Position numbers and translations under genes: made by a program. 64,000 bases of DNA. Source: Anaerofustis sp. Lineage in GTDB: Bacteria > Bacillota > Clostridia > Eubacteriales > Anaerofustaceae. Each line of letters opens with the position of its first letter. Position 1 is the stretch's first letter. Shown here piece by piece: positions 11,647 through 21,313 of the stretch. Below the pieces are notes generated by a model. That model was not told the DNA's origin. It searched no databases and saw nothing but the letters and a program-made list of their open reading frames with translations. The stretch spans positions 282,297 to 346,296 of the forward strand of contig JBGMEA010000012.1 of assembly GCA_041447245.1 (NCBI GenBank). The letters run 5' to 3'.

Positions 11647-12846
11647 TTATTCCGCTGTGGAAGCTGCTTTCTTTTTTGACAGCGCAATAATGACAAACGC
11701 AGCAATACTGCCGATTAAAATTGCGACAGCCGCGATCTGCCAGTCGGATTTGACAGCGGTCATGCCGAACGCGTTGCGCAGTGCTTTGAGTGCATAGGGG
11801 CAAAGAAATTGTCCGATCCCGGTTCCGCTGACATATATTGCAATCGCCTGTGCGGAAAATTTCGGTGCTGCCGCGCTCTTTGCTGCGGCAATCGTAATCG
11901 CGGGATTGAACATGCCGAATCCCAGACCGAAAATGACTGCGCTGAGCATGATCATTCCCATGCTGTTTGCAAATACCAGCATGAAGAAAGAAATGCCGAC
12001 CAAAAGAGCAGCTGTGGGCGCTGTGAATTTTTTCAGTATTTTTGCGATGTTTCCATAAATCAGACCCATTACAAAAGCGGATGCCGAGAATATGGTGAGC
12101 ACGGTTGCCGCTCCGGCAGCATTTCCGATCCCGGTTCCTTTGAGCACGAATGCCATATCAATCATGAAACTGAACTGCACGATGTTAAACAGCAGGCAGA
12201 TAGCGGCAATCACAAACGTCATTGTTGTGACTTTCTTCACTTTTTCTCCCGAAGCGGGAAGGTCATCTTTGGAAACGTTTTTCACTCCGGTATCCGGCAG
12301 TTTGATGAGAACCAAGACGGCAATGGGAAGCACCAACAGGAATCCGAGGAACGCATATCTCCAATTGTAGACAGCCAGTATGCCGCCCATCATTTGAAAC
12401 AGTACGCCTGCTGCGGCGCCGACGGCACTTTTCAGCCCCATCATGCGCTGCCCTTTGTCCCCCGTGAACAGGTCTGCGATGACGGCAGATGCCATCGGGA
12501 ACACAAGACCGTATCCTGCGCCGAATATGACTCTCATGATCAGCATAAAAGTCAACCCTCCGAAGAAAGCGGAAGGAATCCCGCCGATAAAGATTAATAC
12601 CATGGATAAGATAATTACTTTTTTAATGCTCATTACCTGAGTCAATTTGCCTGAAATGAGAGAAAATACTACCATCATCAGGGAAGGGATTGTGGATAAC
12701 AGTTTGACGGTCTCGGCCGAAGCGTCGGGGAAAGCAGCTGCAATCTGTGCGAGTGCAGGGGTAGTCATGCTTGTGGTGTACATCAGCAGTGCCACGGAGA
12801 GTGCTGCGATTTGTACGCCGATGCCGTACTTTTTGGTTTCGCTCAT
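11647..12846 (-). CDS. MFS transporter
   Basis: 12-TM hydrophobic profile, Gly-rich loops. Start chosen at MSETKK (RBS AGGAGAAATTCATTT) rather than the 12885 start of the ORF track. Confidence 0.7.
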   Translation of the reverse strand: MSETKKYGIGVQIAALSVALLMYTTSMTTPALAQIAAAFPDASAETVKLLSTIPSLMMVVFSLISGKLTQVMSIKKVIILSMVLIFIGGIPSAFFGGLTFMLIMRVIFGAGYGLVFPMASAVIADLFTGDKGQRMMGLKSAVGAAAGVLFQMMGGILAVYNWRYAFLGFLLVLPIAVLVLIKLPDTGVKNVSKDDLPASGEKVKKVTTMTFVIAAICLLFNIVQFSFMIDMAFVLKGTGIGNAAGAATVLTIFSASAFVMGLIYGNIAKILKKFTAPTAALLVGISFFMLVFANSMGMIMLSAVIFGLGFGMFNPAITIAAAKSAAAPKFSAQAIAIYVSGTGIGQFLCPYALKALRNAFGMTAVKSDWQIAAVAILIGSIAAFVIIALSKKKAASTAE

Positions 12847-13070
12847 AAATGAATTTCTCCTTTTTTTGTTTGGCGGTGTTCTCATGAGGCAAGGAATATG
12901 CCGATATGAAAAATAACCGCGGTTAATTTTTTATGATTATAGCATGAATCGAAATTTCTGTCATCACTTTTTTAAATTAATTTCTTTCATTTTATAATAT
13001 CTTCAATATTTTTTTGAAAACGCCGTGTTCAACATAGGCTTGAATAAAGGGCAAAATTAAGTTGACGGCA

Positions 13071-13110
13071 TAAAAAAAGAAGCGAAAAGATTTTGATCTT
13101 CCCGCTTCTG
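13071..13110 (-). terminator. rho-independent terminator downstream of GGDEF gene
   Basis: Minus strand reads agaagcg-(loop)-cgcttct followed by tttttttt. Confidence 0.5.
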
Positions 13111-13119
13111 TCGTTTTGA

Positions 13120-14013
13120 TCAATACGCAACCCGGTTTCTTCCGTTCTGCTTCGCTTCGTACAGTTTTCGATCCGCCTGTCGGATCATTTCTTCCGCACT
13201 TTCCGTGAAATCCGCTTTGATGGAACAGATTCCGAAACTGGAAGTAATGTGGATCTGTTCATCCCCGCACCGCAGAGCCTCTTGTTCGATGCGGCTGCGC
13301 ATCTGCTGCGCAATCTCCGCTGCGATATCCCGATCTGCATTCGGCAGACAGATGAGAAATTCCTCTCCGCCGTATCGGGCAACCCAATCGCTTCCCCGAT
13401 GGAGGCATTTCGATAAAATCTGCGCAAACTGTCGGAGCACGCAGTCTCCCGTCTGGTGTCCGTAAGTGTCATTGACTCGTTTGAACCAATCGATATCTGC
13501 CATGATAACCGAGATATACTCGGCATTCATCCCGCAGTTTAACAGATCGATCGGGAGTTTTTCGTCGATATATCTGCGGTTGTAGATTCCTGTCAGGGCA
13601 TCTTTGACATTCATTTCATTCATCCGATTAATCAAAGAATGGATTTCATCGGTATTTTTTTCACCGCTGTTGTTCAGAAACATGCTGTCGGTTGTATCTT
13701 TCAGCAGTTCGACCACAATGGTTTTTCCCTGCACCGTAATGGGAATAGCAGTGATCAGGTAAGTGCTGTCTTCCTTGTATTCGATCTTGATATAAGTATG
13801 TCTGTTGCGGTATGCCCGAACCGAGATGCAGTTGTCGCATACCATTTGATTTGTCCAGAAACCGTAACAGTGCAGTTCCTGCTCCGTGATGTCCGCTTCC
13901 TTCGAGACGGTCAGGACTTTTTTGCTGAGCGGATCAACGAAACGTGCAATGTCACAAAGTTCATCCATCAGATTCAGTTCACACAATAGTGACTTCGCAT
14001 CCTGATTCAACAT
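13120..14013 (-). CDS. diguanylate cyclase (GGDEF domain) with uncharacterised Cys-containing N-terminal sensor region
   Basis: RYGGEEF active site, I-site-like RxxD upstream. The N-terminal ~130 aa are not recognised. Confidence 0.8.
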   Translation of the reverse strand: MLNQDAKSLLCELNLMDELCDIARFVDPLSKKVLTVSKEADITEQELHCYGFWTNQMVCDNCISVRAYRNRHTYIKIEYKEDSTYLITAIPITVQGKTIVVELLKDTTDSMFLNNSGEKNTDEIHSLINRMNEMNVKDALTGIYNRRYIDEKLPIDLLNCGMNAEYISVIMADIDWFKRVNDTYGHQTGDCVLRQFAQILSKCLHRGSDWVARYGGEEFLICLPNADRDIAAEIAQQMRSRIEQEALRCGDEQIHITSSFGICSIKADFTESAEEMIRQADRKLYEAKQNGRNRVAY

Positions 14014-14112
14014 GAGCGCCTCCGTTTTTCGTTCCGATATTTCTTCATTCTCAATAACGTTACATATAGTTCATTGTATGTATTATCGTATCGTTTTGCA
14101 ATAAATTCATAT

Positions 14113-14144
14113 AAAAAAGAAAAGAGCCGATTTCGGCTCTTTTG
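14113..14144 (-). terminator. rho-independent terminator downstream of acyl-CoA synthetase gene
   Basis: aaaagagccgatttcggctctttt hairpin with T-tract on the minus strand. Confidence 0.6.
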
Positions 14145-14145
14145 C

Positions 14146-15813
14146 TTATGCAGTTTCGATTTGCGCTGCTTTGTCGAGTCCCAGTTTTTTGATGGCGTCT
14201 TCGCGCATCTTGAATTTCTGTATTTTTCCGCTGGCGGTCATCGGGAACGCATCCACAAATTCGACATATTGCGGAATTTTGTGTTTGGCAACATTTTCCT
14301 TGACGAATTCTCTGACTTCCTCTTCGGTCAAAATTGCATCATCAATCGGGACAATGCACGCCATGACCACTTCGCCGTACCGTTCATCCGGCACACCGAT
14401 AACCTGTACATCCTTAACCTGCGGATGGGTGTACAGCAGTTCTTCCAGTTCCTTCGGATAGATATTTTCACCGCCGCGGATGATCATGTCTTTGATTCGC
14501 CCCGTGATGTGATAATATCCGTCGTCGTCCTGCATTGCCAAGTCTCCCGTATGCAGCCAACCTTCGGAATCAACAGCCAGCGCAGTCGCTTCCGGCATGT
14601 TATAATAACCCTTCATGATGTTGTATCCGCGTGCAACAAACTCGCCGACCGTATTGCGCGGCAATTCTTTATTTGTTTCTGGATCGACGATTTTGCATTC
14701 CACGTGCGGCAGTTCTCTGCCGACCGATTTGACACGCACTTCCAACGGATCGTCCGTGGTTGTCTGTGTGCATCCCGGGGAAGCTTCTGTCTGACCGAAC
14801 ACGATCGTGATTTCCCGCATATTCATTTTATCCACTACCTGACGCATCACTTCAACCGGACAGGGAGAGCCTGCCATGATGCCCGTGCGCATATGAGAAA
14901 AGTCGAATTCTTGAAAGCGGTCGTGGTTGAGCATCGCGATAAACATCGTCGGAACACCATGAACGGCGGTGCATTTTTCGTCCTGCAGTGCCTGCATAAC
15001 GGTCAGCGGATTGAAATGGTCGATGAGGACAATCGTTGTTCCGTGCGAAAATGCAGCGGTTACCCCCAGTACGCATCCGAAACAATGAAACAAAGGCACC
15101 GTGATGCACAAGCGATCTTTTTCCGTGAATTTCATGCAGTCCCCGATTGATTTTCCGTTGTTGAGCACGTTATGATGTGTCAGCATGACCCCCTTGGGGA
15201 ATCCCGTTGTTCCTGAAGTGTACTGCATGTTGACGACGTCGTGGAGTGTGGTGCGCTGTTCCGCAAGCTTGAGTTCGAAATCGCTGACGTATTCGGCAAA
15301 TTCATACAGTTGCGAGAAATTAAACATGCCGTCGACTTTTTCGTCTTCCAGATAAATGATGTTTCTCAGGCAGGGAAAGTCTTCGCTTTCGAGTTCCCCC
15401 GGCGCGGAAAATTCCAACGTGGGGCAGAGCTTGTTGATCATTTCGACATAATCCACTTCCTTCGTGCCCTTGGACATAATCAAGGTCATGGAGTCGGATT
15501 GTTTGAGCAGATAACTCAGTTCGAAATTGCGGTAGTTCGTATTGACCGTCACCATGACTGCGCCGATGCGTGCCGTGGCAAACATGGTGAGAATCCATTC
15601 CGGATAGTTCGTTGCCCAAATCGCAACGTGATCGCCTTTTCCGATGCCGAGTGCATACAAACCCTTCGCGACTTTGTTGACGCGGTCGCGGAATTCCCTG
15701 TAATCCCAGCGAATATTTTTTTCGGGTGCAACCAGTGCTTCCTGCAGCGGATAGAGCTCTGTGATTTCATCAAGTTTTTGTCCGAATGTTTGATTCAATA
15801 ATTCATATGCCAT
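14146..15813 (-). CDS. AMP-dependent synthetase/ligase (fatty-acyl-CoA synthetase family)
   Basis: AMP-binding motif YTSGTTGFPKGV, downstream GEFVARGYNIMKGY, conserved Lys near C-terminus (GKIQK). Start MAYELL with RBS GGAGGAAACCC. Confidence 0.8.
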   Translation of the reverse strand: MAYELLNQTFGQKLDEITELYPLQEALVAPEKNIRWDYREFRDRVNKVAKGLYALGIGKGDHVAIWATNYPEWILTMFATARIGAVMVTVNTNYRNFELSYLLKQSDSMTLIMSKGTKEVDYVEMINKLCPTLEFSAPGELESEDFPCLRNIIYLEDEKVDGMFNFSQLYEFAEYVSDFELKLAEQRTTLHDVVNMQYTSGTTGFPKGVMLTHHNVLNNGKSIGDCMKFTEKDRLCITVPLFHCFGCVLGVTAAFSHGTTIVLIDHFNPLTVMQALQDEKCTAVHGVPTMFIAMLNHDRFQEFDFSHMRTGIMAGSPCPVEVMRQVVDKMNMREITIVFGQTEASPGCTQTTTDDPLEVRVKSVGRELPHVECKIVDPETNKELPRNTVGEFVARGYNIMKGYYNMPEATALAVDSEGWLHTGDLAMQDDDGYYHITGRIKDMIIRGGENIYPKELEELLYTHPQVKDVQVIGVPDERYGEVVMACIVPIDDAILTEEEVREFVKENVAKHKIPQYVEFVDAFPMTASGKIQKFKMREDAIKKLGLDKAAQIETA

Positions 15814-16241
15814 GGGTTTCCTCCGATTTGGGTATAAAAAAATCATCTCCGGTTTCAGAGACGAAGTCAGTTCCGCGTTACCACTCTGTTTGACGCCGAT
15901 ACGGCGCCCTCTTTCGACACATCCATCAATGTGTGCCTCTGTAACGGGAGAACCCGTGCGTGCTTACTTGAAACCGTTCTGCCCGCATGACTCCGGGGCG
16001 AGGTATTTCGCGATGTTTCTGCGCCGTTTTTCACCAACCAACGGCTCTCTAAGGCAGGTGCTGTATCGCTGATGCTCCCCATCTTCGCCTGATATATTAG
16101 GATATATGATAGTCAATTACGCCAAAAAAGTCAATAGATATTTTGAATTTTCAGAAAATTTAGCAATGTGAAATTCCTTGTGATTCCACGATAAAAAGGC
16201 TATAATGTAACCACCGTTACATTTAATGATGGGAGGTACCT

Positions 16242-16778
16242 ATGGTTCCGTATTCTTGGATTTTTCTCAGTTTTTCTCTTCCGAGCGAACCGTCGCGCAT
16301 TCGGGTGTCTCTTTGGCGCAAACTCAAAAAAAAGGGTGCGGTCAGTCTGCAGTCTTTGTGGGTGCTTCCCGCGAGCGAAGCAAACGAGCGGTTCTTTTCC
16401 GAAATCAGCGGGGAAATCCATGCTGGCGGCGGGGATTGCATGATTCTGAGCGGGGAAAAAAACGCCGAAAATGATCGGCTGATACTTTCAAAATTCGAGC
16501 AGGCACGTGCGGAGGAGTACAAAGAGCTGTCCGAGCAGTGTGAGAAGCTGCTTGCGGAACTAAAAAAAGAAACGGCGTCAGATAATTTCACGTTTGCGGA
16601 ACTCGAAGAAAACGAGGCGGATCTGCAAAAGTTGGAAAGCTGGATGAACCGGGTGAAAAACAGGGATTTTTTCGCGTCGCCGTCGGCAGCGGATGCCGAA
16701 GCCAAACTGTCGGAATGCAGAAACGCACTGGGCATGTTTGCGGACAATGTTTATCGAATCAATGATTTGCAGGAATAG
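16242..16778 (+). CDS. ChrB N-terminal-domain-like protein (regulatory domain only)
   Basis: SLPSEPSRIRVSLWRKLKKKGAVSLQSLWVLP resembles the ChrB N-terminal domain (LP...RVRVWR.L...GA..L...VYLLP). RBS GGGAGG. Confidence 0.5.
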   Translation: MVPYSWIFLSFSLPSEPSRIRVSLWRKLKKKGAVSLQSLWVLPASEANERFFSEISGEIHAGGGDCMILSGEKNAENDRLILSKFEQARAEEYKELSEQCEKLLAELKKETASDNFTFAELEENEADLQKLESWMNRVKNRDFFASPSAADAEAKLSECRNALGMFADNVYRINDLQE

Positions 16779-16786
16779 AGGATCGT

Positions 16787-17962
16787 ATGAAACAAAAACG
16801 CATCATCAACAACATCGTCATCATCGGGCTGGTGAGTCTGTTTGTGGACATGAGCACCGAAATGGTCTATCCGCTCATTCCTCTGTATCTGACCGCCGTA
16901 CTCGGCGCAACACCTGCCGTGGTGGGTCTGATCGAAGGGATCGCAGAGAGCATTGCATCACTTCTCAAAGTATTCAGCGGATACATCGGAGACGTTTATC
17001 AAAACAAAAAGAAGCTGACGTTTTTCGGATACTCTGCTTCGGTTCTTTATAAAATTCTGTTGCTGATCGCCTCATCCTGGGTGGGCATTCTGTTCGCTCG
17101 CGTGATCGACCGCGTCGGCAAAGGCATCCGCACTGCGCCCCGCGACGCGCTGGTGGCACAGTCCTGCACGGACGGCAAGCTCGGCGGTTCGTTCGGGCTG
17201 CATAAGATGCTCGATATGCTCGGTTCCGCATTGGGTGCCTTGCTGGCGTATGTCTTTCTCGCGACAAATTTCGGATACCGCAACGCCTTTCTCTATTCTG
17301 TTATTCCCGCGGTCATCGGCATCCTCATTATCACGCAGGTGAGGGAAAACAAATGCGAAGTGAAAAAGCCGGAAAAATTTTCCTTCCGCAATCTCAAACT
17401 GGACGGGCACCTGAAATATTACCTTGCCGTGATGTTTTTGTTCTGTCTCGGAAATTCGTCCAACACGTTTCTGCTTTTGAAAGCACAGGAGCGCGGGTTC
17501 TCGGCAACGCAGGTGATTTTGCTTTACTTCGTCTTCAACCTCACGACGTCGCTTCTGGCGATTCCTTCGGGCAAGCTCTCCGACCGATTCGGGCGCAGCC
17601 GTGTGCTGGTGCCGGGCTACCTCATTTACGGCGCGGTCTATTTCGGCTTTGCCCTGTGGACTTCGCACACTGGGGTGATTGTGCTGTTCCTGGCTTACGG
17701 GGTCTACACGGCATTTCTTGCGGGAGCGGAGCGGGCGTTTATCGCGGAGAACGCGCCTGCCGACTACAAAGGCACAGTGCTCGGATTTTACGGCATGCTG
17801 CAGGGGATCGGGCTGCTGTTTTCCTCGATTATCGCGGGGGTATTGTGGACGGCGTTCGGCTCGAATGCGATGTTTTATTTCGGAGGCGCGCTCGGGATCA
17901 TCTCGGCGGTACTGATTGCGGTGATGTTTCGGGGCAAGCGAAAGGGGCAGGGAGAAAATTAG
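16787..17962 (+). CDS. MFS transporter
   Basis: FVDMSTEMVYPLIPLYL N-terminus, 12 predicted TM segments. Confidence 0.7.
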   Translation: MKQKRIINNIVIIGLVSLFVDMSTEMVYPLIPLYLTAVLGATPAVVGLIEGIAESIASLLKVFSGYIGDVYQNKKKLTFFGYSASVLYKILLLIASSWVGILFARVIDRVGKGIRTAPRDALVAQSCTDGKLGGSFGLHKMLDMLGSALGALLAYVFLATNFGYRNAFLYSVIPAVIGILIITQVRENKCEVKKPEKFSFRNLKLDGHLKYYLAVMFLFCLGNSSNTFLLLKAQERGFSATQVILLYFVFNLTTSLLAIPSGKLSDRFGRSRVLVPGYLIYGAVYFGFALWTSHTGVIVLFLAYGVYTAFLAGAERAFIAENAPADYKGTVLGFYGMLQGIGLLFSSIIAGVLWTAFGSNAMFYFGGALGIISAVLIAVMFRGKRKGQGEN

Positions 17963-18085
17963 GATTGCACGCACATCAACCACTACACCATTATTTTGAA
18001 CGAAAGCGGATGAACTCCGCTTTTTTGATTGCCCAAGATTTTCGGATGGTGTATGATGGAGTAAATAAGCGATGTGAGGGTAAGG

Positions 18086-19816
18086 ATGGAAGTGTTTGAT
18101 TTTACAAGTAGTGACTTTGATCTAATATCGTATGAGCATTTTTCTGCAAAGCAAAGAAAATCATATCAGGTCGGAAGTGAATCAGATGGAAAAATCAAAG
18201 TTACTTTGACGAATGTTGATGATGTAATTGTGGAATGCATTTATAGGTTTTTGACAAAAGAAGAAATCTATAAAATGATTGTCGCAGATCAGTCATTGCA
18301 ATTAAAAGGGATATATGTAAAAGATTTTGATATTACCGAAATTGTTAATTATAAGCAACATGAATTGAAAGATTTTGACGCACGGTTTAGTTTTTGGGAT
18401 GGTAAGGTCTCGTTTCGAAAAGCAAAATTTGCTGATGGCAATGTATTATTTGAAAAATCAAGCTTTGGTGATGGTTTCTTGTCATTCGGGGAAGCAGTAT
18501 TCGGGAAAGGGGAAGTGATATTTGAATCGGCTGAATTTGGAAACGGAGACGTATTATTTAACTTATCAAAATTTGGAGACGGCAATGTATCATTTCGAGG
18601 AGTAAAACTTGGAAAAGGAGATATGTTATTTACTGCAGCAAAATTTGGAGCTGGGAGCGTAACGTTTTGCGGATCCGAATTCGGAAACGGTGATGTGTTA
18701 TTTGAATCAGCCGAATTTGGAGATGGAGATGTATTATTCTCTGCATCCAAATTTGGAGACGGAGACATCTTGTTTTGTGAAACCAAATTTGGAAACGGAA
18801 AAGTATCATTTCATAATGCAGAATTTGGAAATGGAAAAGTATCATTTTGGAAAGCTGAATTCGGAGAAGGAGATGTATCATTTGATTCAGCTGAATTCAC
18901 AGGTGATGTATCATTTGAATCGGCAGAATTTGGAAACGGGGCTGTTTCTTTTTGGAAAGCTAGATTTGGGGATGGGAAAATAACGTTTTGGAATGCTGAA
19001 TTTGGGGTAGGAAAAGTATTGTTTTATTTTACAAAATTCGGTAACGGAAGTATTGATTTCAGTTCTGTTTCTGTAGGAAAGCTCGAATTTCATGGAGTGA
19101 AATTCCATTCCGACGTGGATATGCGATTGAAAAATGTGCAGCATGTGTTCATCGAAAATTGCATCATCGAAAAAACATTGAGATGTTCATTACCCGGTTG
19201 CACTCTATTATCGCTTCTTGATACAGCCATCCTGGGTCAAATCTATATTGATTGGGAGAAGTGTAATCTATTGCGTTTAATTGTCAATGGAATTGTACGA
19301 TATCCGGATAAAGGGGAGAATAAAGAAAGAAATTTTACAGCAGATGAACTCGCCTCCCAATTCCGCATGCTCAAAGAAAACTTTCACAACATCGGATATT
19401 ATGATGACGAGGACAAAGCATATTATGCTTACATGCATTATAAACGTCTTGCATTGAAGGATGAACAACCGAAAGGATTAAAAGCAAAATGCAGAAATCG
19501 TTTCCGAAGAGCCTTCTACTCTTTGTTTGAGAAGATCGGCGGCTTCGGAACGAAACCGCTCAGCGTCCTCGCATGGGCGGCAGGCTTCCTTGTCGGGTTC
19601 GGACTCTTGCAGGCGGTTTTTATGGATGCGGCATCCGTTTGGATGAAGCTGCTGAAGGGCTGTTACTTCAGCACTATTACATTCTTTACCATCGGCTACG
19701 GAGACGTGCTGCCTGCCAACGCTTGGTCGGCTGTGCTGTCGGGTGCGGAAGGGTTTGTGGGGGTGGTGCTGATGTCCTACTTCACCGTCGCTCTGGTGCG
19801 AAAACTGCTGAGATAA
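18086..19816 (+). CDS. 2TM potassium channel (TIGYGD selectivity filter) fused to a long N-terminal decapeptide/pentapeptide-like repeat domain
   Basis: C-terminus has TM1, pore helix with FFTIGYGDVLP, then TM2. N-terminus has >20 tandem copies of A(E/K)FG(N/D)G(D/K)V(L/S)F. ATG at 18086 after GAGGGTAAGG. Confidence 0.7.
   Translation: MEVFDFTSSDFDLISYEHFSAKQRKSYQVGSESDGKIKVTLTNVDDVIVECIYRFLTKEEIYKMIVADQSLQLKGIYVKDFDITEIVNYKQHELKDFDARFSFWDGKVSFRKAKFADGNVLFEKSSFGDGFLSFGEAVFGKGEVIFESAEFGNGDVLFNLSKFGDGNVSFRGVKLGKGDMLFTAAKFGAGSVTFCGSEFGNGDVLFESAEFGDGDVLFSASKFGDGDILFCETKFGNGKVSFHNAEFGNGKVSFWKAEFGEGDVSFDSAEFTGDVSFESAEFGNGAVSFWKARFGDGKITFWNAEFGVGKVLFYFTKFGNGSIDFSSVSVGKLEFHGVKFHSDVDMRLKNVQHVFIENCIIEKTLRCSLPGCTLLSLLDTAILGQIYIDWEKCNLLRLIVNGIVRYPDKGENKERNFTADELASQFRMLKENFHNIGYYDDEDKAYYAYMHYKRLALKDEQPKGLKAKCRNRFRRAFYSLFEKIGGFGTKPLSVLAWAAGFLVGFGLLQAVFMDAASVWMKLLKGCYFSTITFFTIGYGDVLPANAWSAVLSGAEGFVGVVLMSYFTVALVRKLLR
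18371..19080 (+). repeat. intragenic tandem ~30/60-bp repeat array encoding the decapeptide repeats
   Basis: Recurring gaatttggaaacgg(a/g)ga(c/t)gt(a/g)ttattt units visible in the DNA. Confidence 0.6.
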
Positions 19817-19981
19817 TGGTTCGTTGCAATCGGATTTCAGTCGGGAATGGATGTATTTCCAATAAGTTCTGATATATCGCTCAGATAATTGACTATTCAA
19901 TATCGCGGCGATATACTACCCTTGTAATGTTGTTTGATAATAGAATGATTAAAAAAAACAACATGGAAAGGGGACTGATTT

Positions 19982-20584
19982 ATGAGTAAAGTACTGTATA
20001 TCAAAGCGAACTCCAAACCGGAGGAACTGTCCAGAACATTCCGCATTTCAAACAAATTCATTGAGGCGTACAAAAAAGAACATCCACAGGATGAAATCCA
20101 GGTGATTGACCTTTATAAAGAAAACCTTATCTTTCTTCCGGAGTCTTCCGTATTAGCGCACGCGATGGCAGCGACTGACGCACAGAATGACCCGATTCTG
20201 AAATATGCATATCAGTTTCTGGAAGCAGACAAATATGTTTTTGCAGAACCGTTGTGGAATCTCGGAATTCCTGCAGTGCTCAAAGCTTATATTGATTACA
20301 TTTCCGTCTCCGGCGTAACATTCCGTTATACGGCGGAAGGTCCGGTCGGAATGTGCCAAAACAAACCGGCTGTGAATATCACCGGACGAGGCGGTACGTA
20401 TTCATCGGGGCCGATGGCGGAATACGAAATGGGGGACAGGTACTTGCGCACCATTTGTCGTTTTCTGGGTATCTGCAACTTTACAACCATCACTGCCGAA
20501 AATTTGGATGTGATCGGTTCGGATGTGGACGCGATTGTCGGGAAAGCAATTGCGGAAGCGGAAGCATTGGCAAAGAAATTCTAA
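19982..20584 (+). CDS. azoR: FMN-dependent NADH-azoreductase
   Basis: MSKVLYIKANSKPEELSRTF...; flavodoxin-like AzoR/AcpD family length and motifs. Confidence 0.75.
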   Translation: MSKVLYIKANSKPEELSRTFRISNKFIEAYKKEHPQDEIQVIDLYKENLIFLPESSVLAHAMAATDAQNDPILKYAYQFLEADKYVFAEPLWNLGIPAVLKAYIDYISVSGVTFRYTAEGPVGMCQNKPAVNITGRGGTYSSGPMAEYEMGDRYLRTICRFLGICNFTTITAENLDVIGSDVDAIVGKAIAEAEALAKKF

Positions 20585-20825
20585 AATTGGGAAAGGGCTC
20601 TTAATCAGAGCTCTTTTTTATTTTGCAATCCGAAAATGAATGGTTTGCGGGTGTTTGTTTCTAAGGGTTTGTGGAATCGGTATATCGCGGTTATTGAAAC
20701 GGGTGCTTTCAAATTGGCGCAGCACGAATAATCATTCGGATACTCTATTGACCGACTGAAAAGACTTTGCTATACTTAATACAGTAATTTAGTAAATCAG
20801 TAAATAAAATAAATGAGGGGTAACC

Positions 20826-21305
20826 ATGAAAATACCGACAACCTTAAAGCATAAGCCCGTGATCGTCGCGGATGATTATGAAAAAATCGACGGCAGATAC
20901 GCCTACCATTCCGATGCGAAAGGACTGACGCTGGGGCTTGCCCAGTGGAACGACCGCGGAAAGGTGGACATCTCAGCGAAAGTGTGGCGCTATACGGGCG
21001 AGAAATGGTCGCGCCAGTCGGAGGAGATGCCCCTGCACCGTGTGCTGGATATGGCGATTCTCGAATGCCGTGCTCTGCAGTATTTCCGCGAAGCGTACCG
21101 CATGCCGAAGCTGTACGATGCCGAACAGCCCGTGATCGACCGCATTGGTTTGCAGGGAGACGCGATGACGGTTGCAGTCTGCACGGATAATGAAAAGATC
21201 GACGAAGACATTCAGCTGTTTGCCGCAGCCTTGGCGGAAGACGGGGAAATTATCGGCGAACGGCTCAGAACGTTGTCCTCAATATTAAAAGAAATGGGAT
21301 ATTGA
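20826..21305 (+). CDS. hypothetical protein (first gene of a two-gene cassette)
   Basis: Consensus promoter TTGACC-17-TATACT at ~20742-20770 and RBS GAGGGGTAACC. No recognisable domain. Confidence 0.55.
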   Translation: MKIPTTLKHKPVIVADDYEKIDGRYAYHSDAKGLTLGLAQWNDRGKVDISAKVWRYTGEKWSRQSEEMPLHRVLDMAILECRALQYFREAYRMPKLYDAEQPVIDRIGLQGDAMTVAVCTDNEKIDEDIQLFAAALAEDGEIIGERLRTLSSILKEMGY

Positions 21306-21313
21306 TAGCGAAG

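Noticed and set aside
14074-15150. 358-aa plus-strand ORF antisense to the acyl-CoA synthetase gene
   Set aside because: Overlaps the AMP-binding enzyme, which has clear motifs. No RBS.
17072-17983. 303-aa minus-strand ORF and 248-aa plus ORF (17353..18099) over the MFS gene
   Set aside because: Arg/Pro-rich shadow frames of a GC-rich transporter gene.
19889-19915. Palindrome AATATCGCGGCGATATA upstream of azoR
   Set aside because: Short, isolated, not repeated elsewhere in the window. Insufficient to call an operator.
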